DNA from: Calditrichia bacterium
GTDB taxonomy: Bacteria; Calditrichota; Calditrichia; JAJRVZ01
Assembly (NCBI GenBank): GCA_963777955.1
Contig: CAVZSQ010000019.1
Location: 416,001 to 480,000, forward strand
Reading direction: 5' to 3'
DNA length: 64,000 nt
In this document: in pieces, positions 51,345 through 61,401 of the stretch
How positions within the stretch are numbered: the first letter of the stretch is position 1
Layout: every line of letters begins with the position of its first letter
Notes under the pieces: model-generated
Databases searched by the model: none
The model's input: only the letters and a program-made list of their open reading frames with translations
What the model was told of the DNA's origin: nothing
Translations under genes and position numbers: made by a program

Positions 51345-52721
51345 ATGAAAAAGTATATAACTCTGCTAATCATGGCCTTCGGCCTGCTGCAATGGTGCCT
51401 GGCTCAATCCCCGCAAGAGGCAGTGAATCTGCTGGATAACGAAGACGGAGTGGGCGCCAGAGCTCTGGGCATGGGTAATGCTTTCAATGCTGTGGCTGAT
51501 GACTATACAGCCACGTACTGGAATCCGGCCGGATTAACCCAACTGGACTATAATGAAATCTCAGCCAACCTTTCCAATTTACGGTTTGAGAATGAAGCCT
51601 TATTCCATAATACCACTACTCTGGATAATCGCAGCTGGGCAAAATTTCATTCCTTTGGCCTGGCTTATAAATTCCCGACCACCCGCGGCAGTTTTGTACT
51701 GGGTTTTGGTTTTAATCGTTTCAAAAATTATAATGACTTCCTGTCCTTTAACGGTTATAACCGCAACAGCAACGGCCTGGAATTTGAACTGGAGGATGAT
51801 TTCGGGGAGTACCAGTACTATCCGTTTGATCAGGATGTGCAGCAGAATGAAACGGTCAGCCAGGACGGCAGTTTAAATGCCTGGACCCTGGCAGGCGGTA
51901 TGCAGTTATCACCCACTTTTTCTCTGGGCCTGGCTATCAATGTATATACCGGTAAAAGCGAATACCTGCTGGATTTCAACCAGGAAGATGTGGATAATAT
52001 CTATAATCAGTACCCGGGTGATTTCAATTATTATGAACTGCATCAGCAGATCCTGACCGATATGTATGGTTGGGGTCTCAAAGTGGGCAGCTTGATAAAA
52101 GTGACCCCGCAACTGAATCTGGGCTTTACCGTCGAATTTCCGACCACCTTGCATGTAACAGAAACTTACGCCGCCAATGATCTGCTGGAATTCGACGACG
52201 GATATATCAGCGAACTGGATCTTGGCAGCGGCGAATGGGAATACCTGGTCACTTATCCCTATAAATTCAGTGCCGGTGCCGCTGTGAACCTGAATCTCTT
52301 TAAACTGGCCGGTTCTATTGATTATCGCGACTGGTCGCAGGTTCGTTTTGACATACCGGACGGATTCGCACTGGATGAATACTACAACGATTTATTGTAT
52401 GAGAATCAAAATTTTCCAGAACAATTCAAATCGGTGCTTTCTTATTCAGCCGGAGGCGAAGTACGTATTCCCGGTTCGCCGTTACTGCTCAGAGGCGGAT
52501 ACCGCTTTGTGCCCTCCCCTCTGCGTGAAACGAATCCTGATCTGGACCGTAATTATTACAGTGCCGGTTTGGGGTATGATATTGATGGATCTACTTCTCT
52601 GGACGTAGGCATGACCTGGGGCAAAATCAAACGGCAAAGCGTCGATTCCTATACTCCCGGCGGAACCGATGAATCGATTAGCACCACCCGGGTCCTGGCG
52701 GGAGTTACATTTAGGTTGTAG
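51345..52721 (+). CDS. OmpP1/FadL/PorV-like outer-membrane beta-barrel
   Basis: Signal peptide; GARALGMGNAF.AVADD.TA.YWNPAGL; DWSQ, LRGGY, SAGLGY; C-terminal VTFRL. Confidence 0.88.
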   Translation: MKKYITLLIMAFGLLQWCLAQSPQEAVNLLDNEDGVGARALGMGNAFNAVADDYTATYWNPAGLTQLDYNEISANLSNLRFENEALFHNTTTLDNRSWAKFHSFGLAYKFPTTRGSFVLGFGFNRFKNYNDFLSFNGYNRNSNGLEFELEDDFGEYQYYPFDQDVQQNETVSQDGSLNAWTLAGGMQLSPTFSLGLAINVYTGKSEYLLDFNQEDVDNIYNQYPGDFNYYELHQQILTDMYGWGLKVGSLIKVTPQLNLGFTVEFPTTLHVTETYAANDLLEFDDGYISELDLGSGEWEYLVTYPYKFSAGAAVNLNLFKLAGSIDYRDWSQVRFDIPDGFALDEYYNDLLYENQNFPEQFKSVLSYSAGGEVRIPGSPLLLRGGYRFVPSPLRETNPDLDRNYYSAGLGYDIDGSTSLDVGMTWGKIKRQSVDSYTPGGTDESISTTRVLAGVTFRL

Positions 52722-52724
52722 TAC

Positions 52725-52816
52725 AGGGACAAAGGGACAAAGATACAAAGGGACAGAGAAATAAAGTCAATCATATCCAGCACTTTGTCCCTTTGTCTCT
52801 TTGTCCCTTTGTATCT
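52725..52816. repeat. Inverted pair of octamer arrays (GGGACAAA)n / (TTTGTCCC)n
   Basis: About four units on each side of a roughly 25-nt spacer. Confidence 0.8.
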
Positions 52817-52854
52817 TCTTAGAACACCCACAGGCATTCTCTGCCTGAATCCAT

Positions 52855-52891
52855 AAAGCATCCGCTGATTGCGCGCAGCGGGTGCTTTTTT
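52855..52891 (+). terminator. Rho-independent terminator
   Basis: AAAGCATCCGCTG...CAGCGGGTGCTTTTTT; a second long hairpin follows (about 52897-52941). Confidence 0.65.
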
Positions 52892-53018
52892 ATCTGACCA
52901 CCCTCCGAGTTGCTCCTGGAGCAACCGGATCGGAGGTGGTTAATGAACTATTTTCCAAATATTTTTAGTTTAAATTTTAGCAGATTCATAGGATTATTAT
53001 CTAAGGAAAGACTAAATT

Positions 53019-53483
53019 ATGTTCAATAATCTCAAAACAACTTTCGATCAACTGGATCTGAAAATAGTACGGTTTATGTCGACCTACGGTCTCAAATCGC
53101 TGCGCATCAGCCTGGGTATTATTTTTTTCTGGTTTGGATTCTTGAAATTCTTTCCACATCTCAGTCCGGCCCAGCAACTCGCTACCGCCACCATTTCCAG
53201 ACTCACCTTCGGCCTGGTCTCCCCGGCTACTGCTCTGTTCCTCCTGGCCTGCTGGGAAACCATGATCGGTATCGGTCTTATCTTTGGCTTCTGGATGCGG
53301 TTTATCCTGTTTTTACTTTTTATGCAGATGCTGGGCACCATTACTCCGCTGTTTCTTTTTCCGGCCGAAACTTTTTCGCATATTCCCTATGCTCCTACTT
53401 TAGAGGGACAATATATTATTAAAAATATCGTGTTGATCTCCGCGGCACTGGCCCTGGGGGCGACAGTGCGCAAACCCTCCTGA
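53019..53483 (+). CDS. DoxX/YkgB family membrane protein
   Basis: LRISLGIIFFWFG.LKF, E..IG.GL, PTLEGQYIIKN. Confidence 0.85.
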   Translation: MFNNLKTTFDQLDLKIVRFMSTYGLKSLRISLGIIFFWFGFLKFFPHLSPAQQLATATISRLTFGLVSPATALFLLACWETMIGIGLIFGFWMRFILFLLFMQMLGTITPLFLFPAETFSHIPYAPTLEGQYIIKNIVLISAALALGATVRKPS

Positions 53484-53626
53484 TCAGCACCAAATCCGGA
53501 TTTACGCCAGTGTAATAATAATTATCTGGACAACGGTCGAAATTTCTTGTAATATATTATAGTAGATCTTCCTATCCTTCACGTACTTATTTACTTGAAG
53601 ATTAATGCTATCATAGTACCAAAAGA

Positions 53627-56065
53627 ATGATAAAAATTTCAAAACGGATCGGTTTATACCTGGCTATAAACCTGGTCATACTTATTGTTTGCTTCCTGCA
53701 TTTACCGGCGGTTTTAAACCGTCCTATGGTTCCCTTCCATATAATTAAAACCGGTCAGGGTCTGATTATCGATAAAATAAATGATCCCCTGGCCAGCGGT
53801 GAATTGCAGATTGGCGACCGGGTAATTGCCTGGGATAAGCAGTCTGTCAATATTCCTGAGGTTACAGAATTCCTGGGCGAAATGTCAAAAATCGGAAATA
53901 ACGTTACTATTACTTTTCAACGGCAGGTCATAACCGGCACGACTGCCATAACCCTGATCCCCTTTCATCATACTCTTCGTTATATATTCATTATTTTCTT
54001 CGTCGGCCTGATGACCTGGGGCGTGGCAATTTTTGTTTTACTCAAAGGTCCGCCTGCACTCAGCACCACGGTTTTGCATTGGATCATGGCCTCTTTTGGA
54101 TTTGTGATCATGTTGACCACGGGGGTCATCGACCAGGACAGTATATTCTCATATTTGACCCGCTCTTTATTCCTGATTTTTTATATGACCACTGCCAGTG
54201 GTTTGTTCTTTTTTTCCGCCATATTTCCCAAACAAAAGTCGGTAATCAGTAAGGCAATTTCCATCTTCATTCCGGCCGCTGTTTTTACTGCCTTACTGAT
54301 TTTTTATATGCTGCGGGCTATATATTATTACTCGGTAATTGAGTACGCCCGCTTTCAGTTCTTGTTCAATATTTTCCATATATCCCTCTATATTTTTATC
54401 GGCGGAAGTTTAATTAATTTTTTTCATGCCTATTACAGCAGCAAACAGGTTGACGATCACCTTCGCTTGCGTCTGATTTTCTGGGGAATACTGCTTGGTG
54501 CCGCACCATTTTTATTACTCAGCATTCTGCCTCAAATCCTGGGCCGCAGTGAATTGATCCGCGAGGAATTCACTCTCATTTTTTTCCTGTTCATTCCGTA
54601 TGCCTTTGCCCTGGCTATTCTCAAGTATCGTCTGCTGGACATCGACCTGATCATCAATCGTATTCTGGTTTATGGTTTACTGACTTTTTTTCTCGGTGCC
54701 ATCTATATCCTTACGGTCCTGATGGTAATTTCGGTAATCGGTGGTGAAATCGTATTCGACGATTATCTGTTCTTATTGCTGACCACTCTGTTCGTGGCAA
54801 TTATCTTTAATCCTCTGCGGCGGGGTTTACAGAAAATAATCAACGATCTGTTTTTTTCAGCCAGGGAAAATTACCGTCAGGCGGTTCATGCTATCAATAC
54901 CGATCTGGAAAACTGCTGGAGCAGCGATGCGCTGTTCCGGCAATTGATTAACAGTTTGAGCCGTTTTGTACCCAATCAGCATCTGGCTTTATTCCGGGTC
55001 GTGGAAGACACACTGCAGTTGCAGTATTCCTCCCGCAGCGATACTCCACGGCAGTTCTCCTTTCCGGGTATAAACCTGCAGCAGTTAATTTCAACCGGGC
55101 AGATTCATGCTTTACCGAAATCAGTTTATCTGCACCCGGAACAGGTGGATTTTGCGCAGAGCGATTTTTTACAGCAGATTAATTTCCCGGTATGTATACC
55201 GCTGCTGACCAAAACATCTTATTTTAAAGGTATACTGTGTGCTACGCCGTACCATAACCGCTTCATTGCCGCCGAGTTGGATTTATTGCGCACCGCCTGC
55301 CTGCAGGCCTCGGAAATACTGGACCGGCTGATCTTACAGGAACGCATGATCATCGAGCGGGAAGAAAAAAATCGACTGAAGGAAATCAGTTCTTACATCA
55401 TCTCGCTGGTAGCTCATGAATTGCAATCACCGCTTACTTCCATCCGCTTATTTTCCGAAATGCTGTCGCAGCAGAATAAAAACTTATCCGCAGAACACCG
55501 GGAATACCTGGAGACTATAAATAATGAAACCATGCGCCTGTCACGACTGATTAAAAACGTTCTGGACTTTTCCCGGATCGAACGGGGCCTTAAGGAATAT
55601 CACTTCGAAATATTAACACTTAACCGGTTGGTTGAGCATACGTTGAATCTATTTAAACAGCAACTGCAGCAAGCTGGTTTTCAACTGGAGCTGGCTCTGA
55701 CCGAGCAGGATACTACTTTGCGGGCCGATGAAGATGCTTTGATTTCAGCCCTCGGAAACCTGATCGTCAATTCGATCAAATATTCACCGGCAGAGAGATA
55801 CCTGGCCATCTCAACCCGTTGCCAGAACCAGCACATTCAGCTCTGTATCAAGGATAAAGGTATCGGTATTCCTGAGACAGAACAGAATCTGGTATTCGAT
55901 GATTTTTACCGTGCAAGCAGCAGCCAGGTACAATCATTAAGCGGGCTCGGGCTGGGTTTAGCCCTGGTTAAACGCATTATTGTCGCCCACCATGGTGAAA
56001 TCAGACTGGAGAGCAGGCCCGGGCAGGGCACGACATTTACAATCACTTTACCAGCGGGAGTCTGA
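53627..56065 (+). CDS. Histidine kinase: periplasmic PDZ-like domain, multi-TM region, GAF-like, HisKA-HATPase
   Basis: LQIGDRVIAWD (PDZ-like); AILKYRLLDID; AHELQSPL, NLIVNSIKYS, DKGIGI, GLGLGL. Confidence 0.88.
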   Translation: MIKISKRIGLYLAINLVILIVCFLHLPAVLNRPMVPFHIIKTGQGLIIDKINDPLASGELQIGDRVIAWDKQSVNIPEVTEFLGEMSKIGNNVTITFQRQVITGTTAITLIPFHHTLRYIFIIFFVGLMTWGVAIFVLLKGPPALSTTVLHWIMASFGFVIMLTTGVIDQDSIFSYLTRSLFLIFYMTTASGLFFFSAIFPKQKSVISKAISIFIPAAVFTALLIFYMLRAIYYYSVIEYARFQFLFNIFHISLYIFIGGSLINFFHAYYSSKQVDDHLRLRLIFWGILLGAAPFLLLSILPQILGRSELIREEFTLIFFLFIPYAFALAILKYRLLDIDLIINRILVYGLLTFFLGAIYILTVLMVISVIGGEIVFDDYLFLLLTTLFVAIIFNPLRRGLQKIINDLFFSARENYRQAVHAINTDLENCWSSDALFRQLINSLSRFVPNQHLALFRVVEDTLQLQYSSRSDTPRQFSFPGINLQQLISTGQIHALPKSVYLHPEQVDFAQSDFLQQINFPVCIPLLTKTSYFKGILCATPYHNRFIAAELDLLRTACLQASEILDRLILQERMIIEREEKNRLKEISSYIISLVAHELQSPLTSIRLFSEMLSQQNKNLSAEHREYLETINNETMRLSRLIKNVLDFSRIERGLKEYHFEILTLNRLVEHTLNLFKQQLQQAGFQLELALTEQDTTLRADEDALISALGNLIVNSIKYSPAERYLAISTRCQNQHIQLCIKDKGIGIPETEQNLVFDDFYRASSSQVQSLSGLGLGLALVKRIIVAHHGEIRLESRPGQGTTFTITLPAGV

Positions 56066-56066
56066 C

Positions 56067-56747
56067 ATGAAGAAAATACTGATCATTGAAGACGATCCCA
56101 CAATTTCCAAAGGTTTACAGATCAGTTTGCAGGCCGAGCATTATGATATTCTGACCAGTTCCAGCGGCGAAAAAGGATTTCAGTTAGCACAGCAGGAAAA
56201 TATCGATCTGATTATCCTTGACCTGATGTTACCGGGAAAGAACGGAGAGGAAATTTGCCGGGATTTGCGGCAAAAAGGCCTGCGCACGCCCATCCTCATT
56301 CTGACCAGCCGCAGCGAAGAGATCGATAAAGTTTTGTTGCTGGAAATGGGCGCAGACGATTACATGACCAAACCTTTCGGGATTCGCGAATTGCAGGCCA
56401 GGGTGAAAGTCCTGCTGCGCCGGGGCAGCGAAATACGTGCCCAGATCGAAACATATTCTTTTGCCGATATCAATCTTGATTTTATCAAGCAGGAAGCCAG
56501 CAAGAAGAAAAAACCGTTACAACTTACCACCAAGGAGTTCGAGATCCTGCATTTCTTTATCCAGCATGAAGGACAGGTGATCAGCCGCGATGTACTTTTA
56601 GATGAAGTGTGGGGTTATGAAGTTTTCCCCACTACCCGCACTGTGGATAATTACATTCTCGCCTTGCGAAAAAAAATTGAAGCAGATTCAACCCAGCCCA
56701 GACACCTGCTGACGATCCCCAAAGCCGGTTATAAGTTTGTGAAATGA
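56067..56747 (+). CDS. OmpR/PhoB family response regulator
   Basis: IEDD, LDLMLP, GADDYMTKPF, LTTKEFEIL, VWG..TRTVDNYI..LRKKIE. Confidence 0.95.
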   Translation: MKKILIIEDDPTISKGLQISLQAEHYDILTSSSGEKGFQLAQQENIDLIILDLMLPGKNGEEICRDLRQKGLRTPILILTSRSEEIDKVLLLEMGADDYMTKPFGIRELQARVKVLLRRGSEIRAQIETYSFADINLDFIKQEASKKKKPLQLTTKEFEILHFFIQHEGQVISRDVLLDEVWGYEVFPTTRTVDNYILALRKKIEADSTQPRHLLTIPKAGYKFVK

Positions 56748-56767
56748 TAACACGTATATATTCTAAC

Positions 56768-56806
56768 TGACATATTTTTGACATTATTCTATCCGGAGTG
56801 TGACAT
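56768..56806. promoter_or_regulatory. 11-bp-phased TGACAT direct repeats (OmpR/Pho-box-like)
   Basis: TGACAT at 56768, 56779 and 56801. Confidence 0.7.
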
Positions 56807-56873
56807 CTGCTTATTTGAGCAGGAATATATTATCTGTGAAATCAAAGTAATTTATAAGAAAATAGGAGGTGTT

Positions 56874-58518
56874 ATGAAAAAAGTATTACAATTCATTTTT
56901 ACTCATCGGCCTCTGGTCAGGTCTGCTGATGCTGCCCTGCCGGGCTCAGTTGGATACCCTGACTATCATTCATGTCAATGACACCCATTCCAATTTAATA
57001 CCGTACGGGGCGGATAAATACGGGGGTATCGCCCGGGCAGCCAGTGTTATAGGAGATTGGCAACTAAGCGAACCAAATCCTATCACCGTTCACGGTGGTG
57101 ATTTCATGGTTGGTACGTTGTTTTTTAATACTTATTTCGGAGCAGCCTGAGTTACAACTGCTGCAAGCCATGGGTTTTGATGTGCTACAGTTGGGAAATC
57201 ATGAATTCGATCCCGGATCCGACTGATTTGGGTGAATGTCTGTATAGTCTAGGTCTCTGATTCCAGTTTCAATGTCTCAGCAGCAACGCTGTGATCCCCG
57301 ATTCGGTTCAACCATTAAAAATGATGGTACGTACTACCGCTATTGAGCAACGCGGGAACGTTAAAGTCGGTTTTTTCGGATTGACCACACCGGCAGCTAA
57401 TGTTGAAAGTAATCCTGCTCCCGTATTTATCGACACCAATTTAGTTCCCATCGCCATGAGTTCCATCGCTGCACTCAAAGAAGTTGATAGTTGTCAGGTT
57501 GTAGTTATGATGTCCCACCTGGGTCTGGCCAATGATATGCAGACTGGCTGCGACCGGATATCTTAGCGGTGTTGACCTGATCGTCAGTGCCCACAGCCAT
57601 GACACAATCACCGCACCGGTTTACGTCAATGACATTCCGATCATCCAGGCCGGTTCATTTTACCGTTATGCAGGCAAAGCAACCCTGGTGTTTAACGGGG
57701 ACTCCACGCAGTTGGTGAATTATACTTTGCAGGAAATCAACGATCAGATTCCGGCAGAAGCCCCTCATTAATGCGACGGTGGAAGGATTAAAAGCAGGTA
57801 TCCAGGCACAGTATTCTCCGGTAATCGGTGATCCATTCCGCGATGATCTTTGATGCTACCGATGATCCAATGGCCGGGTATCCGTACTATTCCCTATCCT
57901 TCCGGTAACGATGCAGGATACTCTGGACACCCCGGTGGGTAATCTTGATCACGACCGCCTGTTGGATTACGCCGATAGTGCCGAGCTGGCCATTGAAGCC
58001 TGCGGCCATATGGTTGAAGGACTTGTATCCCGGTCCGGTTACTCCTTACGATCTGTTCCGTACCTATTCGTATGGCTTCGATGAAAGAGATGGCCTGGGT
58101 TTTCGTGTCGCTACATTTGATCTGTATGGTGCACAATTGATAGGCATTCTGGATGTTCTCGCTTCGACATCGTACGCCCAGTTCAAATTATTGGGACTAT
58201 TTATTACAATGTTCCGGATTGTCCTACCAAGTCAAAATCGCGAGTCCGGAGGATACGGTACAAGTGGTCAATGTGACCGTCCAGGGAAATCCGGTGGAAC
58301 CTGAACGCTTATACAAGATTGTCAGCAGTGATCAGGTCGTCGGTTATTTGAATTTCCTGTTCGGGATTATTCCGGAAAATCTGCAAATTGATTCGGTATC
58401 CGTATTTAAAGCAGTAATGGATTACGTCATTAATCTGGATATTCCCGCAGCGGAAGCAGTTCTCGGTTTCGAGAATGACACATATAGGATAGGCCCGGAA
58501 TTTAATCAAATGGAATAA
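56874..58518 (+). CDS. Secreted 5'-nucleotidase/UshA-like metallophosphoesterase, broken by at least six frameshifts
   Basis: Fragments carry HVNDTHS, GGDFMVG, LGNHEFD, KVGFFGLTT, MSHLG, SAHSH, IIQAG, DTPVGNLIT; GGAGG RBS. Confidence 0.8.
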
Positions 58519-58520
58519 TT

Positions 58521-59636
58521 ATGAGAACTAAACAGTCTGTATATTTGTTCTATGTTCTGATTTTGTTCTCTTGATGACTATATTCCAGCACTTATTCTGC
58601 CGGGCAGGATCACCCGGACTCAGATTCTCTCACCGCAATTTCCTTTGAACCGTTACCCATAATTTCCTATGATACCAATACCGGTCTTGGTTACGGGGCC
58701 AAGGTCTTTCTGCTGAACGCTTTTAAGGCCAGGGAATCTTTCGACCTGATCCTGTTCAACAGTTCCAAAGGTGAACGCTGGTACCGTTTTGTATTTTCCA
58801 TCCCCGACTTCGAACTACGCCAGGGTAAGGAATATCCGTTATCCCTGGATCTGATCATCGACTTCGACCGCTGGATCGCTTATTACTTTTATGGTATCGG
58901 CAATCAGTCCCATTACCAGGATGAAGAAAAATATACCCGGCGGCTGTTTGAAACCAGTCTGATTTTCAGCCGCGGATTTAGCAGAAAAATTATCGGCCAG
59001 ATTGGCCTGCGCTACCGCAATATTGCCAATTCCGCCATAAAAGCAAACAGCCGCTTATTCGACCCGCTGCCGGTTCAGAATCAGGGTACTGCGGAATCCT
59101 TTTCCGCTTACTGCAGTGGACGTTATGACAGTCGTAATAGTTTTATCAACCCGGCCAGTGGCCAGGTAGTACAACTGGAAGCAGAGGTCGTACCGGCTTT
59201 CGCAATGAATAATCTCTCATATTTTTATTGGGCCGGCTGGTACCAGTTTTATACCCGCAGCCCGATACCCAGGACCACGCTGGCCTTCCGCTGTGGTGTA
59301 AGACGTATTGATGGTAAAGAGTTGCCCATCCAGGTGCTGATACCAATTGGCGGAGGCGGCACCCTGCGCGGATATACCCAGGATCGTTTCCTGGATAAAT
59401 TTTCTATGCTGTTCAATCTGGAACTGCGATTTCCCATGTACAAACGCCTGGGTGCAATCGCCGGACTGGATGGCGGTAAGGTCTGGTCCAGACCAGATAA
59501 ATTTGATTTGCACAACTGGCCCTGGAATTCAGTATTGGGATTACGTTATTACCGCGATACGTATGTAGTGAGACTTGATCTTGGTGTCGGCAAAGAGACT
59601 TTTGGTTTATATATTAATTTTGGACATGTCTTTTAA
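58521..59636 (+). CDS. Omp85/BamA-TamA family barrel lacking POTRA domains; frameshift at about 58585
   Basis: Frame open from about 58585 to 59636 with no start codon until 59205; PIISYDTNTGLGYG, YDSRNSFINP, GG..TLRGY, C-terminal GHVF. Confidence 0.85.
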
Positions 59637-59638
59637 TG

Positions 59639-60055
59639 CTAATCAGGATTGATCAGATAGGAATGAGTTATGTCTACTGCCTTCTTTAACATAGCGCTGA
59701 CCGAACAATATTTTTCCGTGGACAGGTTGATCGCTTTCTCAATATTAGCCTGATTAAGATTTTCACCCCAGAATTTATAGGTAATATGTATTTTGGTAAA
59801 TACCTTGGGATGTTCCTGGGCATTTTCCGCTTTCAGGTCAATCTCAAAGCGGCGCAGAGGTTCACGCATTTTAATCAGGATCGAGGCTACATCACTGGCT
59901 GTACAACCTCCCAGTCCCAGCAGTACCAGTTCCTTGGGACGGGCGCCGGCATTACTCCCTCCCAGTTCAGTCGGGCCGTCCATGGTTACCCAATGATTAC
60001 TGTCTGCTTTACCGGCGAAAGTAACACCTTGCATATGTATGACTTTGGCTTCCAT
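59639..60055 (-). CDS. OsmC/YhfA family protein
   Basis: GARPKELVLLGLGGCTASDV, KYCSVSAML. Confidence 0.92.
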   Translation of the reverse strand: MEAKVIHMQGVTFAGKADSNHWVTMDGPTELGGSNAGARPKELVLLGLGGCTASDVASILIKMREPLRRFEIDLKAENAQEHPKVFTKIHITYKFWGENLNQANIEKAINLSTEKYCSVSAMLKKAVDITHSYLINPD

Positions 60056-60069
60056 ATAGCGACCCTCGC

Positions 60070-60234
60070 TTATCTTATCGCAATCAGCAGCCCCAGCAGG
60101 GCAAAAATGAACATACTGATTTTGGGATTGCACAATAACGGACAACCCAGACTTGTACGTGACAAATATTTACCCAGCACATATCCGAAACCCCCTCCGG
60201 CTACAGTAGTTAAAATTACCAGCAGAATATTCAT
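60070..60234 (-). CDS. Small membrane protein (DUF6132-like)
   Basis: GGGFGY..GCPLLCNP..GLL; GGAGG RBS. Confidence 0.65.
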   Translation of the reverse strand: MNILLVILTTVAGGGFGYVLGKYLSRTSLGCPLLCNPKISMFIFALLGLLIAIR

Positions 60235-60299
60235 CGCCTGCACCTCCACATTAGTTTGAACATAGTATTGGATGATTGAAACAGCGCAAAGATACACGA

Positions 60300-61391
60300 T
60301 TAATGATGATGCTTGTAGGTCTTTGCTTTTTCCTGATGTTTGAGTACGCGCAGGGCGCCCATGGCCAGGGCCCGCATTTCCTGCTCGCCGGGAATAATTA
60401 TTACCGGAGCAATAAATTCAATACGGGTTTTAATCAGTTTCACGAATTGTTTGCTCTTAGCCATGCCCCCGGTAAGGGTAATGGCATCGACCTTGCCATT
60501 CACGACCGTGGCTAATGAACCGATCTCTTTAGCCACCTGGTAAGCCATGGCTTCATATACCAATCTTGATTCTTCTTTACCTTTTTTAATATCATCTTCA
60601 ACCGCCCGCAAATCCTGGGTACCCAGGTAAGCCACCATACCGCCATGACCTTTGATTAACTTCTGCATCTCCTCCTGGGTATATTCACCTGAGTAACAGA
60701 CTCTGACCAGATCACCCACCGGCACACTGCCGGTGCGTTCGGCGCTGAAGGGACCATCCCCATCCAGAGCGTTGTTTACATCCACTACCCGGCCCTTCAC
60801 GTGGATACCCACACTGATGCCTCCGCCCATGTGGGCAACAATGATATTCAACTGATTATACGGTTTCTTTAAACGATCGGCGACTTCGTGTGCCGTGGCC
60901 CGTTGATTTAGTGCATGAAAAATACTTTTTCGTTTGATCAGCGGCATTCCCGAAACCTTGGCAATCGGTTCCATCTCATCCACAACTACCGGATCAACGA
61001 TATAAGCTTCACAGCCCAGGGAACGGCTGATAGCATAGGCAATTAATCCGCCGCAATTAGAAGGGTGATCACCCATTACACCTTTGCGCAAATCGGCGAT
61101 CATCTGATCATTGACTGTAAAAGTTCCCCCCTGCACCGGATAGATCAACCCCCCGCGTCCGACCAATGCTTTTATTTTATACAGATCGACATTTTTATCA
61201 CGCAAAACCCGGATGACCAGTTCCATACGATAGAGGTCCTGGTCGGTGGCACGATGGTAGCGGGATAACTCTTCAATTTTATGTCCGATATTCTCTGTGA
61301 ATACCTCCTGATCATTCTTGAACAGGGAAATCTTGGTGGAGGTGGATCCGGGATTGATCACCAGTATATTACCGTTGACTTTGGCTTCCAT
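60300..61391 (-). CDS. buk: Butyrate kinase
   Basis: INPGSTSTK, VGRGG, VDPVVVDE, FHALNQ, HMGGGISVG, DVNNAL.GDGPF. Confidence 0.96.
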   Translation of the reverse strand: MEAKVNGNILVINPGSTSTKISLFKNDQEVFTENIGHKIEELSRYHRATDQDLYRMELVIRVLRDKNVDLYKIKALVGRGGLIYPVQGGTFTVNDQMIADLRKGVMGDHPSNCGGLIAYAISRSLGCEAYIVDPVVVDEMEPIAKVSGMPLIKRKSIFHALNQRATAHEVADRLKKPYNQLNIIVAHMGGGISVGIHVKGRVVDVNNALDGDGPFSAERTGSVPVGDLVRVCYSGEYTQEEMQKLIKGHGGMVAYLGTQDLRAVEDDIKKGKEESRLVYEAMAYQVAKEIGSLATVVNGKVDAITLTGGMAKSKQFVKLIKTRIEFIAPVIIIPGEQEMRALAMGALRVLKHQEKAKTYKHHH

Positions 61392-61401
61392 AGTTACACC
61401 T

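Noticed and set aside
57255..57265. In-frame TGA in the nucleotidase as selenocysteine
   Set aside because: It lies in a region dense with indels and not at a catalytic Cys position; no SECIS-like hairpin was recognised.
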